A DNA stretch of 63,689 bases, filler included, from Choristocarpus tenellus KU-1152 (Eukaryota > Protista > Phaeophyceae), in assembly GCA_964200185.2 (NCBI GenBank). It is 13 parts of 13 records of this genome, joined end to end, with 100 filler letters (N's around TTAATTAATTAA, not from the genome) between each part and the next. Parts side by side here need not be neighbours in the genome. Positions count along the whole stretch, not along the records: positions 1 to 2,744 come from CAXNAD020025113.1; positions 2,845 to 7,399 come from CAXNAD020014018.1; positions 7,500 to 16,462 come from CAXNAD020004159.1; 10 more parts are not named here. One strand, written 5' to 3'. The translations under genes and the position numbers were made by a program. The number at the start of each line of letters is the position of its first letter. The stretch's first letter is position 1. Below are positions 1-11,880 of the stretch, in pieces. The notes under the pieces are model-generated. The model was not told where the DNA came from, ran no database searches, and saw only the letters and a program-made list of their open reading frames with translations.

Positions 1-239
1 GGGTAGGGCCGCGTCCATTTGGGGGTCAAAATCCAATGTTGCGATTTTGATGTAATTTTGACTATCGTGTTTGTTAGGAAGTGTTATATCTTGTTCTAGA
101 CACACCTTTTCGTAACGTATACATTTTACCTACTCCGAAGCATTTTGGAGTAGGAAAATGTCATTAAAAAACCCATGGGAAGCCAAGTCCCAAATGGACA
201 AACAGGGCAAAACTCGTACCCTCTAAGATACTTTCACTC
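1..239 (+). mobile_element. MITE subfamily A, copy 1 (left end cut by window edge)
   Basis: Ends in TACCCTCTAAGATACTTTCACTC; colinear with full copies at 10016, 21337, 21799 and 32604. Confidence 0.9.
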
Positions 240-919
240 TATAGGTTTATAGATGGTAAATGCTAACATTGTGCCCAAAAGTAACAGTTTCACACTCAAA
301 GGAATGAATAGCCCATGTGTGTAACATCCGGGTGGTAAGGTGCGTTTTGCATTGAAAATTTGGTGATGGAGTACTTGAACTCTTTGTTGGATATATATAT
401 ATATATATATTTGATGTTTGATGTATATATATTTGTAATGTTTGATATATATATATATATATTTTAATGTTTGATATATATATTTCTTCTTGTGGAGGGA
501 GTGTTTTTGAGTGCTCAAGTCGTAGCTGCTTTTCTACACTGATACTACTAATTCTTAATGTAACCAGGGGAGAAACATAATCAATACACCCTCCAGAAGA
601 AGGTGTGGAATGTATTAATGTCGCTGGGATTATTATTATTTTCTAAAAAAGAAAATAGTTGCGTTGCTGCAGTTTTAATTATCGTTTGCTATCATTCCTG
701 TTAGGAGAAAAATAATAATAAACACCTGAAAGTCGTTTGTTGGTGTTAAACCATTTGGAGACATTTAAAAAAAAGAAATGAAATGAGGGCTCAACCAATG
801 TCTAACTTCTGTCCATCTTGGTACACTTGTTGTGGAGATTGCAAAGTGTGCCGTGCTGTACTGGACTGTTTTGTACAAAGGCATAGTTTGTACCAGGTAC
901 TAGACATGGCACAAGAAGA

Positions 920-1375
920 GGTTGCTTACAGGTTCTTGATAGGTGTTACATGCTACATGCCAGGGGTACAAAGTCTGTGTATGGCGGTACAAAGTCTGTA
1001 CCCAGTAGTGTAAAGAGTGCAAGGGAGTCTGGGTACGGTGGTACATAATACTGTGGAGAGTATCGGGGGACTAGCTATGACAGGTCCTTGATAGTTGTCA
1101 TGTGCAAAAAGGGTACATGTGCTAAATAGGTGTGTCATACGTAGTGTCATACGTAGTGCTGACGCTTACAGGTCCTTGATACCTGTCATGTGCTAAGGGT
1201 ACAAGGAGCTGAAAAGGTACTCTGTACCTAGTACTGTCAGAGTATAAGGAATTGGCTCTTGCAGGTCCTTGGTGGCTATCATGCTCGGAGGGTACAGGGG
1301 CTGAAAAGTCAATCTGTACCTAGCACGACCAAGAGTTCAAAGAACTGGTACCTCAAAGGTTCTTGGTAGCTAAGG
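920..1375. repeat. Degenerate tandem repeat, about 90-95 bp unit, about 5 copies
   Basis: The motif CAGGT(C/T)CTTG...GGGTACA...CTGTACC(T/C)AG recurs near 928, 1080, 1168, 1261 and 1355. Confidence 0.65.
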
Positions 1376-2674
1376 CAGGTACCTTAATTGATAGACAAGA
1401 CTCTGAACATGCAATTGCTCCTCCCCCTCCTAACCCTTGTATGGTACCCCCTGAGTGGTTCAGATGTAAGTAATGTGACCCGGAAACAAAGTACTGAGCT
1501 GGCTACACGTACAACTTCTCTGTCTTTGGATTGGCTAAGATCGCTCAGGTGAAGCAGAACACGATAAACTGGTGTACCCTATATCGTCACTGGTGTGGTT
1601 TTGTGCAGGCGTATCTTTTTTAGGGTAAGGGTGCTTGTTGTGTTGTGTTACGTAATGCGTTGGTTGTGGTGTGTAGGGTGTAGGGGCTGAGGGGGGACAT
1701 GCTGATGAATGAGAGTATGATGTGGGTCCTGGCATGTGTTAATGTGTCACATGAACAGATTGGATCTTTGATGATGCGGGAGGATAAGATGGTTTTATTG
1801 TTGTGTATTTTCTTTTTTCTTTTTTCTTTTGATTAGTTACCCCCCCCCCCCCCCCCCGCTGCCTTCTGTGTTTTTTTTGAGTGGAAAAAAAGTAGATGNN
1901 NNNNNNNNTGGTGGGGGGGGATAAGTGGGTTTTTTTTTTGTGTTTTTTTTTTTTTTTTTTTTTTTTTTATTTGTTTCCCCCCCCCCCCCCCCTCGGGTTC
2001 CTTTGTGTTGTACAGAAGAGAAAATTCAACATTGAACCATCAAGTCCAAGTCGGAGCACTAGTTCGGTCTGTACCATGGATCTTGTCGTCTCTTGAACCA
2101 TGGTTCTACTACATGCTGTGCTTGTATTTTATGAAGTACTTCCATTGTTCCTATCCTTGTGTGTGCGTATACTTAAGGGGATACATGGTAGTGCTATTGT
2201 GGAGATGCTGCACAAGGTTGCTTGGTATAAGTTTGTCAAGTTGTAACAGACTGGTCCATCAAGAGATTGACACACCATTAAACCACAAAGATTGAGTTGG
2301 GCACTTGGGGAGTGCATGGGGACTAGTGGGGGTTTTGAGCCTGGCAGTGCGCTGGTCTCTGGTTTTTGTAGAGATATTGGGATAACACTATTCCAACCTT
2401 GTGCAGATACCGATGGGATGTCAGTATGTCTTCACAATGCGTTGTCTTGTGCATCAATCAATCACATCCTATTTGTATATTACAGTAAGTGTATCAAGGT
2501 GTGTCTCTTTCTCACACAACTTGTGAGACAACACTAGTGGATGCTATTGTCAGTTGTCTTGTGGGATTGGACACCTGTGTCCTACGTTGCAGGCAAGTCC
2601 TCAACATCAAACCCTTAACCTAATTTCTAATCCCCCTTGCCCTCTCCTCAAGTCACCACCTTCTTATTCACCCC

Positions 2675-2719
<45 letters not shown>

Positions 2720-2744
2720 ACCCCCCCCCCCCCCCCACCCCCCC

Positions 2745-2844
2745 NNNNNNNNNNNNNNNNNNNNNNNNNNNNNNNNNNNNNNNNNNNNTTAATTAATTAA
2801 NNNNNNNNNNNNNNNNNNNNNNNNNNNNNNNNNNNNNNNNNNNN
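2745..2844. other. Artificial contig spacer (44N-TTAATTAATTAA-44N). Same spacer at 7400, 16463, 19146, 23466, 28541, 33328, 36001, 43018, 49849, 54967 and 61015
   Basis: Twelve identical 100-bp blocks; TTAATTAATTAA places stops in all six frames. Confidence 0.97.
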
Positions 2845-2863
2845 GGGAGGGAGGGGGGGGGGG

Positions 2864-2908
<45 letters not shown>

Positions 2909-3235
2909 TGCAACAATCTTACACCTCTCCCCGTGAGAGGCGCGCAGAATGAACTCCAGCCCATTAGGCAAGGAAGAACAAGGTAGCGCCGCCAACTGCC
3001 AACACCAAAACAAAAGAATTTTTTTTTGAAATACAACAAAAAGAAAAAATCTTTCAAATACACAACAAAGAAGAAAAAAAAAACATGGAGATGATAGTAT
3101 ATGCCGCTTGCTCTCCTCAACGGCAGGGTATTCTCCTACTGCACATTAGCCGAAGTTACTTGTAGTACCTACCTGTCTCACTTGAGACAAAATAGGGTAC
3201 AGTACATTGCGCAAATTGATACTGCGCCGTAGTAC

Positions 3236-5480
3236 CTGAATGTAGCCCTTTTCCCGCATGCACAGGGCCAGCTCCGGAACGTTTTCCATGACATTATCCA
3301 GGTAGTAGTCGAGGCAAGTGCACAGGCTCAGCTCTTCATCCTCATCGTGTAGCCTGACAGACACCTGTGGGTGCTCCAATGTCCCACATACCTTTTCGAG
3401 TCGCAAGTGTACACAAACATACCGTAGGGAGCCACACACAAACATGGGGCAGCAACACCAGATATCCATGGCAATAAGGCCGCACATCAATGGTAGGTAG
3501 GTGATAAGCAGGAGAGGATAGGTAGGTGGGAAGGCAAGGAGTGTCCACAGCTCCAACAGCAATCATGTAAGAGGCAACAGCTATTACACGCATATATATG
3601 TATGTATCTATCATTTTCAGTTATTTGAAGTGTGGGTGACGAGGGGATCATCGTCTCTAAAGGGACGATACCCTCTGGGAGGGTGTCCTATAGGACCGAC
3701 CAAAGGCACATCCAATCCAACAGGCATGCATCCAAGGAGGACATATCCCCACACAGGCAGCAACGAAAAAAAGGGGGTAAAAAAATGGACTGAGAGCATG
3801 TGTACCTGTGAGCAGTTAAGAAAGGGGAGGGAAAACAGAAATAAAAAAGAGAGAAGAAGAGAAAAAACAACCCTGCACAAAGAGAAACTCCTCAAACCTG
3901 AAGGTTACTCCCAAGAATCATGCGCATACCCCCTAACTCCCACTGGAACGACCGCCAGAAGCCCTCCGGCGCCGGTGGCCTTGCCCCAAAGGTCCCTCTG
4001 AAACGCCCATCTCTAACCACCGAGAGGATTCCCTCGCCATGCCCTGCAGGTGGGGGCCAGTCCGCATCATCTACGTACAATCCCACTCCGTCCCCGCCTC
4101 CTGCCCCCAGCTCCCCCTGCAACATGTCAGATCGATCAGCCGTATCCTCTGACTCTTCAGCCGACACAGCTGACCTCCCGTCCCCTTCTCGCTGGGGCTT
4201 CCCTCCTCGGCCAATCAGAACCCAACCAGTACCACTACTATTCTGCCTATTACGGTTAACTCCAACTGCTTCCACTTCCTCCACGCGTCTTAAAGGGCCG
4301 GTTCCAGGACCACCACTGCCATGGCTGGAGCCGGTGCCTCCATGTGCTGTGTGGGCTGCAGAGGATGGCGACGGTGACTGAGAAGGAGGATTCAGGGTCA
4401 GGACCTCTCCAAGGTTCCCATCAAGGACGAGAGTCTGCCCAACACGGTGAAGCCCAACCGTGACAGTTTCACTGAGAATGCGTTGGGGAGAGGGGGAAGG
4501 GGAAGGGGTAAGTAATGGAAATGAGGATATTGAACAAAAATAACAGTGATGAAGGCAAGTATGAAATATACAAAAGAGTTACCAACGAACATAAGGTTAA
4601 ACAAACTTCCCAGTTGCAGTCAGCAATGCACAAAAGAGCTACCAACGAACATAAGGTTATACAAACTTCCCAGTTGCAGTCAGCAATGAGAGAACAAGCC
4701 AATGACAACATTAACAATGAGAGCACAACAATAACCCCACCTTGTGTAAGGCAGGTGAAACAGGTCCCTCATGGCGTCCGTTGAACCTAGGAAGTCTAGG
4801 CCAGTATCAGCAAGACCCCCATCAGCAGAAAAGGGTGACGAGCCTCCAGAGCTAGTCTGGCGACCCCAGCTTCCCCGGGTTCTGCTGCCCCATTGCTCAC
4901 CCACTGTGCCATTCCCACCATGGGTGTGAAGTGGTGCCGTTACACTGAACTATTTTGGCAGGTGGATCGGGTCGGAGGGGGAGGGGGGGAAATAATGGTG
5001 GAGTAGTTCCTTGGCCTGCCTTTGAGTACACAGAATAAAAAAAATTGAGAAGCAACTATTATCAAAGCAGTGGGGTTACCTCATCAAAGGTGTTAGAAAT
5101 GTGAATCAGAATGTAGACACACTCAGTGGTTCTTTCAAATCAGAGGTTTGCGCGGCAAGAATCCTCCAGGGGCTCTGCACAAAAGGTTCAGGGCTGCCCT
5201 TTCAGGATAATTCCTCATCTTTTTCCATGAACCAGATGTGGCCTTGAACGAGAAGGCTGGAAATTCAGTCCTTCGGGGGCAAATCATATACAATTAAAAT
5301 CCACTGACAGTGTAAAAAAGAGTTCTGCAGGCCCAATCCTCCCTAGGTTCCACGTGCAACAGCCCGCTACGGCCACCCTTGAAGCTCTGCGATCCGAACT
5401 TTGAGTGTGCTTCTGCACCTCGCCTTAACCCGAAATTTGGATTCACGTGTGTGTGAGGAGTCGGCAAAATGTTTACAGGA
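3236..5480 (-). CDS. EDRF1: EDRF1-like (erythroid differentiation-related factor 1 family) protein, partial. Exons 5309-5480 (tentative), 4741-4949, 3898-4471, 3236-3391
   Basis: Phase-compatible GT-AG splicing gives [37 protein letters not shown]...[37 protein letters not shown]...[27 protein letters not shown]. This matches the EDRF1 motifs PYS..VSMAVHR.G.TLLLD and LDYWLDNL.CNVPEL.MC....G.VQ. Confidence 0.8.
4571..4688. repeat. 60-bp tandem duplication inside an EDRF1 intron
   Basis: CAAAAGAG.TACCAACGAACATAAGGTTA.ACAAACTTCCCAGTTGCAGTCAGCAATG at 4571 and 4631. Confidence 0.9.
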
Positions 5481-7574
5481 CTGGCGTATAGACATATATC
5501 ACATAGTCAAGGCTTGTCACTTTGCGGCAGGAACTTTGTACAGCAAAGAAAGATACAATCTTGCTAGCTTCTTTAGGTATTGCTCTTCCTTCTTCTCGCT
5601 CTGTATCAACAAATCAGAGTCACTACAGTTTGTCATCATCGTTCACATCGTTACTGTTTTAAATGAGGTCATTTTGCGGAAAGTCGGTGCCCTGACCCAA
5701 TGTGCCGTCAGCTATTCTACACAATACGCACATAGGTAATAGGCGGGCTCTCAAATAATCTTAACAAAATGGCAGGATCTGCGACATCGCAGCTACTCCA
5801 CAGCCGTAATGCAACCACCAGTCCGGCGAGAGTTGAGATTAAGGGCAGTGACTAGTGCGTGTCTCAAGGATCACAGGTTACCTCGCGTAAGAGATTTTAT
5901 AATCGACGAACTGGCCCAGAACACAGCAAAAGTTTTGAAAATTAACAGAGTAAGAATCACATGTTCAAAGTATGCGTGACTGCTCTTGGCTACTTGTATT
6001 CAAACATAAAGGTTCCAGGGTTAGAATCCAAAGAGGGTTGCCTATGCGTCGAGGCATTTGTTCTCCAACACAACTAAACCAAGCGCCTCTCTGACAATGC
6101 CAACCTTCCAGGAGTCCACTTAGGATCCTAGTTTTTTCACTGGAAAACCAAACAGAGCGTAGTGAAGGCAAAACAACCCGAGGAAAAGTAAGATGCAGCA
6201 CGGGTTCAAATAAAATGTTAGATAACCTGGAACATGTGAAGCATTGATACTTCTACATCAACCCTGGTCTGACCTCACTGTCGGCTTGTTCGTGTGGCAT
6301 TAGGCTGATGAGACTACGCATCAGTGCATTGTCTCTCTCCGAACGAGCATTCCCTCCTTGAACCAGCAACCTCACGGGAACCAGAGCATCCTCTGTCGGA
6401 CTGGGTCTGCGACGCCGACTGGGAATGATGGCTAGCTGAAGCGTGGAGGGCTCTGTGACTGGCATCTTGAACCTTGCTACTCTTGTAGTTGATGCAATGC
6501 GTTTTGGTTGGAGAATTCTTTCACCAACGCCCCAGTCTACACGATCAAAGGACTGACCAATTGAACCTTTTGAGGGTATGTGAACTGGTGCGATGTTCTT
6601 CGGTTCGAGATCTCATTCACCAGCATCCGTGTCTTCATCAAGTATCCACACTGCTTCTTACTACTGAAGTGAAGTTTTGTGCTTGGAAGAGGTGTATCAA
6701 ATATATAAAATAGTATCCCATTTTTACATTTTTATGGTAGAGTGTAACTTTGTTTTTGTTTTGCTGACGAATTCTGGACTATTATTTTATTCTATGTTTG
6801 CATTCCTCCCTACATGTATTCCCTTTCATTCCCACATTCTATCAACACTTTGTGATCAGGCAGTGCGACCTCTCACCACCGATTTCCAGCCATCGTCCAC
6901 CTCTGATGACCAACCAGGGCGAACCCCCTTCGCCACTGATTTATGGTCACTACTTCTCCCTACTCCTTCCTGTTACTAAGCCCCCAGACCCCTTACCACC
7001 CACTACACATAGAGGTATATATACAATTTATTATGGTGCATGGCAATATAATACTACATCATTTAACACAACCCATAGATAGGTACGCATAATACACACT
7101 AACCCTAACCGTTCATCCTACCCTTCACCCTGGGCAAGATAATACTCCTCCAGTAAGTTTGGTGTGAATCCCATAAACCATTATATATATGTGGTAGATA
7201 CAACAATAATACTCAATTGTATTAATAGTTCTACTAGGGTTGGTGCATTGTAAATGAATTTAAGAGCTTTACTGTTGTAAGCAATACTACAATGCCCTGC
7301 TGCTCTTATATTGTGTTGTATACTCTTTATGCAAAAGAGAACTACTCAAGTAGAGTATTTTGCTTTGTGTGGTATGGATATGTTTATTAGCGGAGTGAGN
7401 NNNNNNNNNNNNNNNNNNNNNNNNNNNNNNNNNNNNNNNNNNNTTAATTAATTAANNNNNNNNNNNNNNNNNNNNNNNNNNNNNNNNNNNNNNNNNNNNT
7501 GACTACGTAAGTGGCATTGTCTAGACGTGTCATGAGCTTTAAACTAGAGTCACCAGGGAGATGGGCACGGAGGG

Positions 7575-8695
7575 GTTTGTTGGATTCTTGGGATGCCTCC
7601 CTAGCTCCTCCCCCCAGGGCACAGGAATAGGTAGATTGGAGACACAGGAAGGTAGTAGTACAACATAGATAGTGGTGAAGTAACAACTGGATTAGTGTCT
7701 TTCAGATTTATGATATTTTATTTCTTTAGGACTTATACTGAAAATGTGTATAGTTTTCATTTGTTTCCCCCCTGACACATCTGCAAAATGTCAGAGAGCA
7801 TAATAATAAAAATATTTTTTTACACAATTATATTAATATCACATACATATTTCTACAAAATACCGAATTATTCATATACTTGGCAGCATCCTTAAAATGC
7901 AACTTTGGGTACCTCTCATTTGCTTTGACTCTGAGCAAGACGGGACGGAGGGGGTTCAATCCAGAGACAGGTCCCTCCTCAGTACGGCACCCCCATCTGG
8001 CAACCGGTTCACACTCCTGGAGGAGAATTGCGAGTCCTAGGAACAAACTCCAAGCAAGTCCCTCTGGAAGGATGAGAACGAGTTATTCCAAACACACTAT
8101 AGATGAGAACGAGTTCAGGGCGCCGTGTGGCGTGTAAAAATTCCAAAGTCTCGACAGATCCAAAGCCATGAAACAACAGTGGAATATGTAGTGAGTTAAG
8201 GGTAGTGACACCTTGTGACGAATGTGTGGTTCTACTGTAACCTCTGACATGTTCAATGGTGACATTTCTCTTTGCGTTATAATGTTAAAAAAAAAAACGA
8301 GCGACCAAATCTTTTCAATTCAGTTTCCGATTTATCAAACTAATGGAGTTAATTGAGGTACTGTCCTGATCCACAATACTAATATTGATCATTAATACTG
8401 CAATATTTTAAAGAAACTAACATCAAATAATAGGACTACATTAAGTAGTATCAATCATCATATATAATATTTATTATGCCCTCTGACATTTTGTAGATGC
8501 ATCAGAGGAAAAACCAATGAAAACTATTCGCATGTCTGAAAATCCCTAAAGAAGTAACAGTTGTCACAAATGTGAAAAATGTTAATCTATTTCCTATTTT
8601 ACATCTATATTGTATTGCTGCCTTCCTGTGTCTCTAACCTATTCCTGCAACCCAGGGTGAGGAGCTAGGGAAGCATCCCAAGAATCTAACAAACT
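7575..8695. repeat. Pair of diverged inverted repeats, about 230 bp (7575-7810 and 8470-8695); a fragment of the same repeat lies near 48195-48245
   Basis: GTTTGTTGGATTCTTGGGATGCCTCCCTAGCTCCTC...CTGCAAAATGTCAGAGAGCATAATAA is the reverse complement of TTATTATGCCCTCTGACATTTTGTAG...GAGGAGCTAGGGAAGCATCCCAAGAATCTAACAAAC. Confidence 0.8.
7850..7931 (+). mobile_element. MITE subfamily D, right-end fragment
   Basis: GCAGCATCCTTAAAATGCAACTTTGGGTACCTCTCATTTGCTTTGACTC closely matches 51110-51158. Confidence 0.8.
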
Positions 8696-8989
8696 TTCCA
8701 CCACAAAGGTGTTGAGGTTATAATAACATCATATTATTATACCCAATGACGACATTATCTAGCAGTAGTTGTTATGTTTAAAAGGACAGACTAATAGTAA
8801 AGAATTAAACAAACGTAACACCAACAGTCTCCGAAAAACACCAGATAGTGAATACAACAACACCCAACAATTAGAGGTCCATAAAATGTGACATGAAGAA
8901 GAGTTATGTTGTGTTTGAAGTAAAGAAAGCAGGAGAGCTACTAGAACAATGCATAGATGTTGAAACTGCGCTCGTAGACTGATGGTATG

Positions 8990-10010
8990 AAGTCAGTCGA
9001 GGAGCAAGAGAAGAATCCCACGAGTCATCCAATTCCCTCCTAACCCACTGATGCGGTACCTTCAGTCTAAAAAGGATAACACGTCCCCATACCACCCGCA
9101 ACATGAGTGTTGAGCTCAACTAGAAATTGTTCTGCCCCCGTGTTCCTAAGCAACCAAAGCTTTCCACTGCACAGGTATTGAGCTTGTAGCTATGAGGGTC
9201 AAAAGTTCGCTTGTGGTTGCTGAGCTTTCAGGCCTCGTCTGCAGCTGCACCAACACCGTTGTTGGTTGATAATGATTTTTGAAGACTGCAGTCCACTTGA
9301 ACCCCTTCAAAACCCACGTCCAGAAGTAAGCCCTTTTCCCCACAGGGGGGAGTGACTGCATTAGAGAGTACCCCCACATGGAATACTGCATTCATACGGA
9401 AGTTGCGATTAAGGGTGAAGGGGCTTCGATTGTCCTGGGTGCAGGAGACGCCTATCTGCCTGCAGATCCTGCCCATTTTCCTAACCAGATCCAAGCGGTG
9501 CCGTGTTTGTCCTCCAGCCCAGGGGCATGTGCGTGCATGACCAGTGGCTACCCCTTGCCGCCTACATCCATCCACTGGGCAACAACTGGATAGTGCTTGC
9601 TCTACACTAATAGATCGGTTTATCATGAAGAGAAATTCTGTTGGGTGGTTCCCAAGTATTGACCCCTTACCCAGCTAAAGCCATCACTGCAGAAGACCCT
9701 CGTTCAGGTGTGGGGTTTGTAAGGAGGTTGCTTAAAGGTCCAACTCAGATGGAGGGTCTGGTGTCCCTGGGGGAGAGATGCGAATGTCCTCCATATTTGA
9801 GGAGATCCTCACCCCCTGTAAGTTTGCCTGAGCTGGTGAAAAGCCGTCACGGTCACACAACTAATCCTGTGGGAAGAAATGGATGAATCGTCCAGAAAAC
9901 TTCTAGATGAGATATCTTGGGGGCGAAACATTGTCTGGTGGATGTTCTTTAGGATCTTGGAGAGGTGGCAAGGCAGAACAGGGGGGAGGTTAGTGCGTCA
10001 CCTTGTTGTG
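8990..10010 (-). mobile_element. Non-LTR retrotransposon relic with restriction-like endonuclease (RLE; CRE/NeSL-type), 3' portion
   Basis: The minus strand reads CPVDGC...GHARTCPWAGGQTRHR (CCHC knuckle), NFRMN, LLLDV, AAADEA*K, YKLNTCAVESFGCLG, i.e. the PD-(D/E)xK RLE layout, with stops and frameshifts. Confidence 0.75.
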
Positions 10011-10015
10011 CTCAA

Positions 10016-10273
10016 GAGTCAAAGTATCTTAGAGGGTAGAGCCGCGTCCGTTTGGGGGCAAAGATCCATTGTTCCGATTTTAATGTAATTTTGGCTATCG
10101 TGTTTGTTGGGAAGAGTCAATATCCTTGTTCCGGACCAACATTTTAATAACGTACACATTTGACTTACTCCGAAACATTTCGGAGTAGGAAAATGTCATA
10201 AAAAACCTTTGGGAAGCCAAGCTCCAAATAGACGAACAGGGCAAAACTCGTACCCTCTAAGATACTTTCACTC
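10016..10273 (+). mobile_element. MITE subfamily A, copy 2 (258 bp)
   Basis: TIRs GAGTCAAAGTATCTTAGAGGGTA / TACCCTCTAAGATACTTTCACTC; flanks TCAA / CAAC (CAA duplicated). Confidence 0.92.
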
Positions 10274-11189
10274 CAACCTAGATAGCAATATTTTAACCCC
10301 CTCTCCATGGAGTGGGAAGAGTAGCTCTGGTGAACCACCATAAATATTTGCTATGCAGCAGGGGGGACGCCAAAGAAGACGCAACCATCTACACTGTTGA
10401 ATGGATTTCTTTCCGTCAACAATAAATATTGAACAGTATTAATGGCGGAAGTACTTGTTGTATAGCTATCTCTACTTGTCTTTGTTTATCTTAATATAAT
10501 TTTCGAGTTTTTAGTAGATAGCATAGCATCAGTTTTGGAAGCTAATTTTATATACGTACTCTGAAAACACCCTCATTATATTTAGCAAGCGTGACAAATT
10601 GTCGCGCTCGCCAAAAATATCAAGAGCACATTTTTTGAGGCGTCATTTGAAACCGTGACTATTTGTATACTCACAAAAAGAAAGTTGCTGGAGTATGGAA
10701 GAGAATGAAGTTGAATTGCCGACGTAAGTGTCAATAAGTCGTAGCAACTATTATTCGCCTATCAATTTGTATGAACTATTGTGTGGAAGGCCTCTCCATT
10801 TAGATCCACACTAGGGTTGTTGTTGATGGATTGCTGGCATTGACACGTAGTATGTAAATGTCCAAAGATATCTACTCTTCCCGAGGAACCTGTTGACTGC
10901 CACCCCTCGCTCTGATTCATCTAGCAGGAGCATATCATTTGACCAAGTGTATACGTCACGGTTGGTAGATGTATTTTCAGGTGAGTATACACATCTTCCT
11001 GCTGTTCTGAACAGTTCTAAATGTACTTGAGTGTCATCATAATAAATATATTAGGGTATTCTTGTATCAATAGAACACATATCAGTAATGCTCATACAAT
11101 GTGCTTACATAGTACACGAAGAGGCAGCGTAGAACAGGGGTAAATAGTTGGGTCTACACCCAACTAATCAAGCCAGGTAGATGGATAGC

Positions 11190-11880
11190 ACCCCCAGAAT
11201 TCTGGCTCACGGTGAACCGTCTAGGGGTTGAGGAGATACTCTTGAAGGGTCACCAGTGGAGGAATGTAGGAGGCAAGGGGTGGATACTGGTCATGCCCGC
11301 ACGTGCCCCAGAGTTGATGGCCAAGTACGGCAGTGCTCACACATGGTCCGGCAACTAAGCGTCTATTTGTAGGCAAATGGGGGTCCCTTGTACCTTCAAG
11401 GACAGTTGTCGCTGTACGGTCAATCTCAATTTCCGTATGGACACGTTTTTTTTCCAAGGCTCTCATAAATGCACCTAACTGCCCCTTGCGGGGAAAAGAG
11501 AACAAGTACAAGCAGATGCCACCTCAACTCGTCAATCAACAATGCCATCGCTGCTGCTACAACTGAGGCCAAAAAGCGTCACCACTATTTGGAATCTTTT
11601 GAAGCTTGTAGTTTTAACGTCAACACATTCACCGTGGAAGGCTTCGGACATCTTGGCACACAAGGACGAAATAAAATGAACGGGCTAACAACTCATGTTC
11701 TAGGCTGTAGTAGAGATGCGAAGGGTTCCAGTAGGAAGGGGGAGTGTAGAAGACTCTACTAACACAGATTGCATCAGCTACTGCTAGATCTTGAGAAGAG
11801 TGTTACGTTTCAAGGTAGAGACTCCAGGTTGACAGGGAAGGAGAAGGAGGGGCTTGACGGATTCGTGGGATTTCCCCATC
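11190..11880 (+). mobile_element. Second RLE-type non-LTR retrotransposon relic, related to the element at 8990-10010
   Basis: GVDTGHARTCP, NLNFRMD, AAATTEAKKRHH, FNVNTFTVEGFGHLGTQG; similarity continues to DSWD near 11860. Confidence 0.75.

Noticed and set aside
2789-2800. Recurrent TTAATTAATTAA palindrome as a biological motif
   Set aside because: It is always centred in identical N-runs, so it is a six-frame-stop assembly linker.
8195-8250. GYSRTTHSSQGVT resembling the SF1 helicase motif (Y..T.H.SQG.T) of Pif1/Helitron/RecD
   Set aside because: No YVA.SR motif downstream and no other helicase motifs; a single short match may be chance. A blastx search would settle it.
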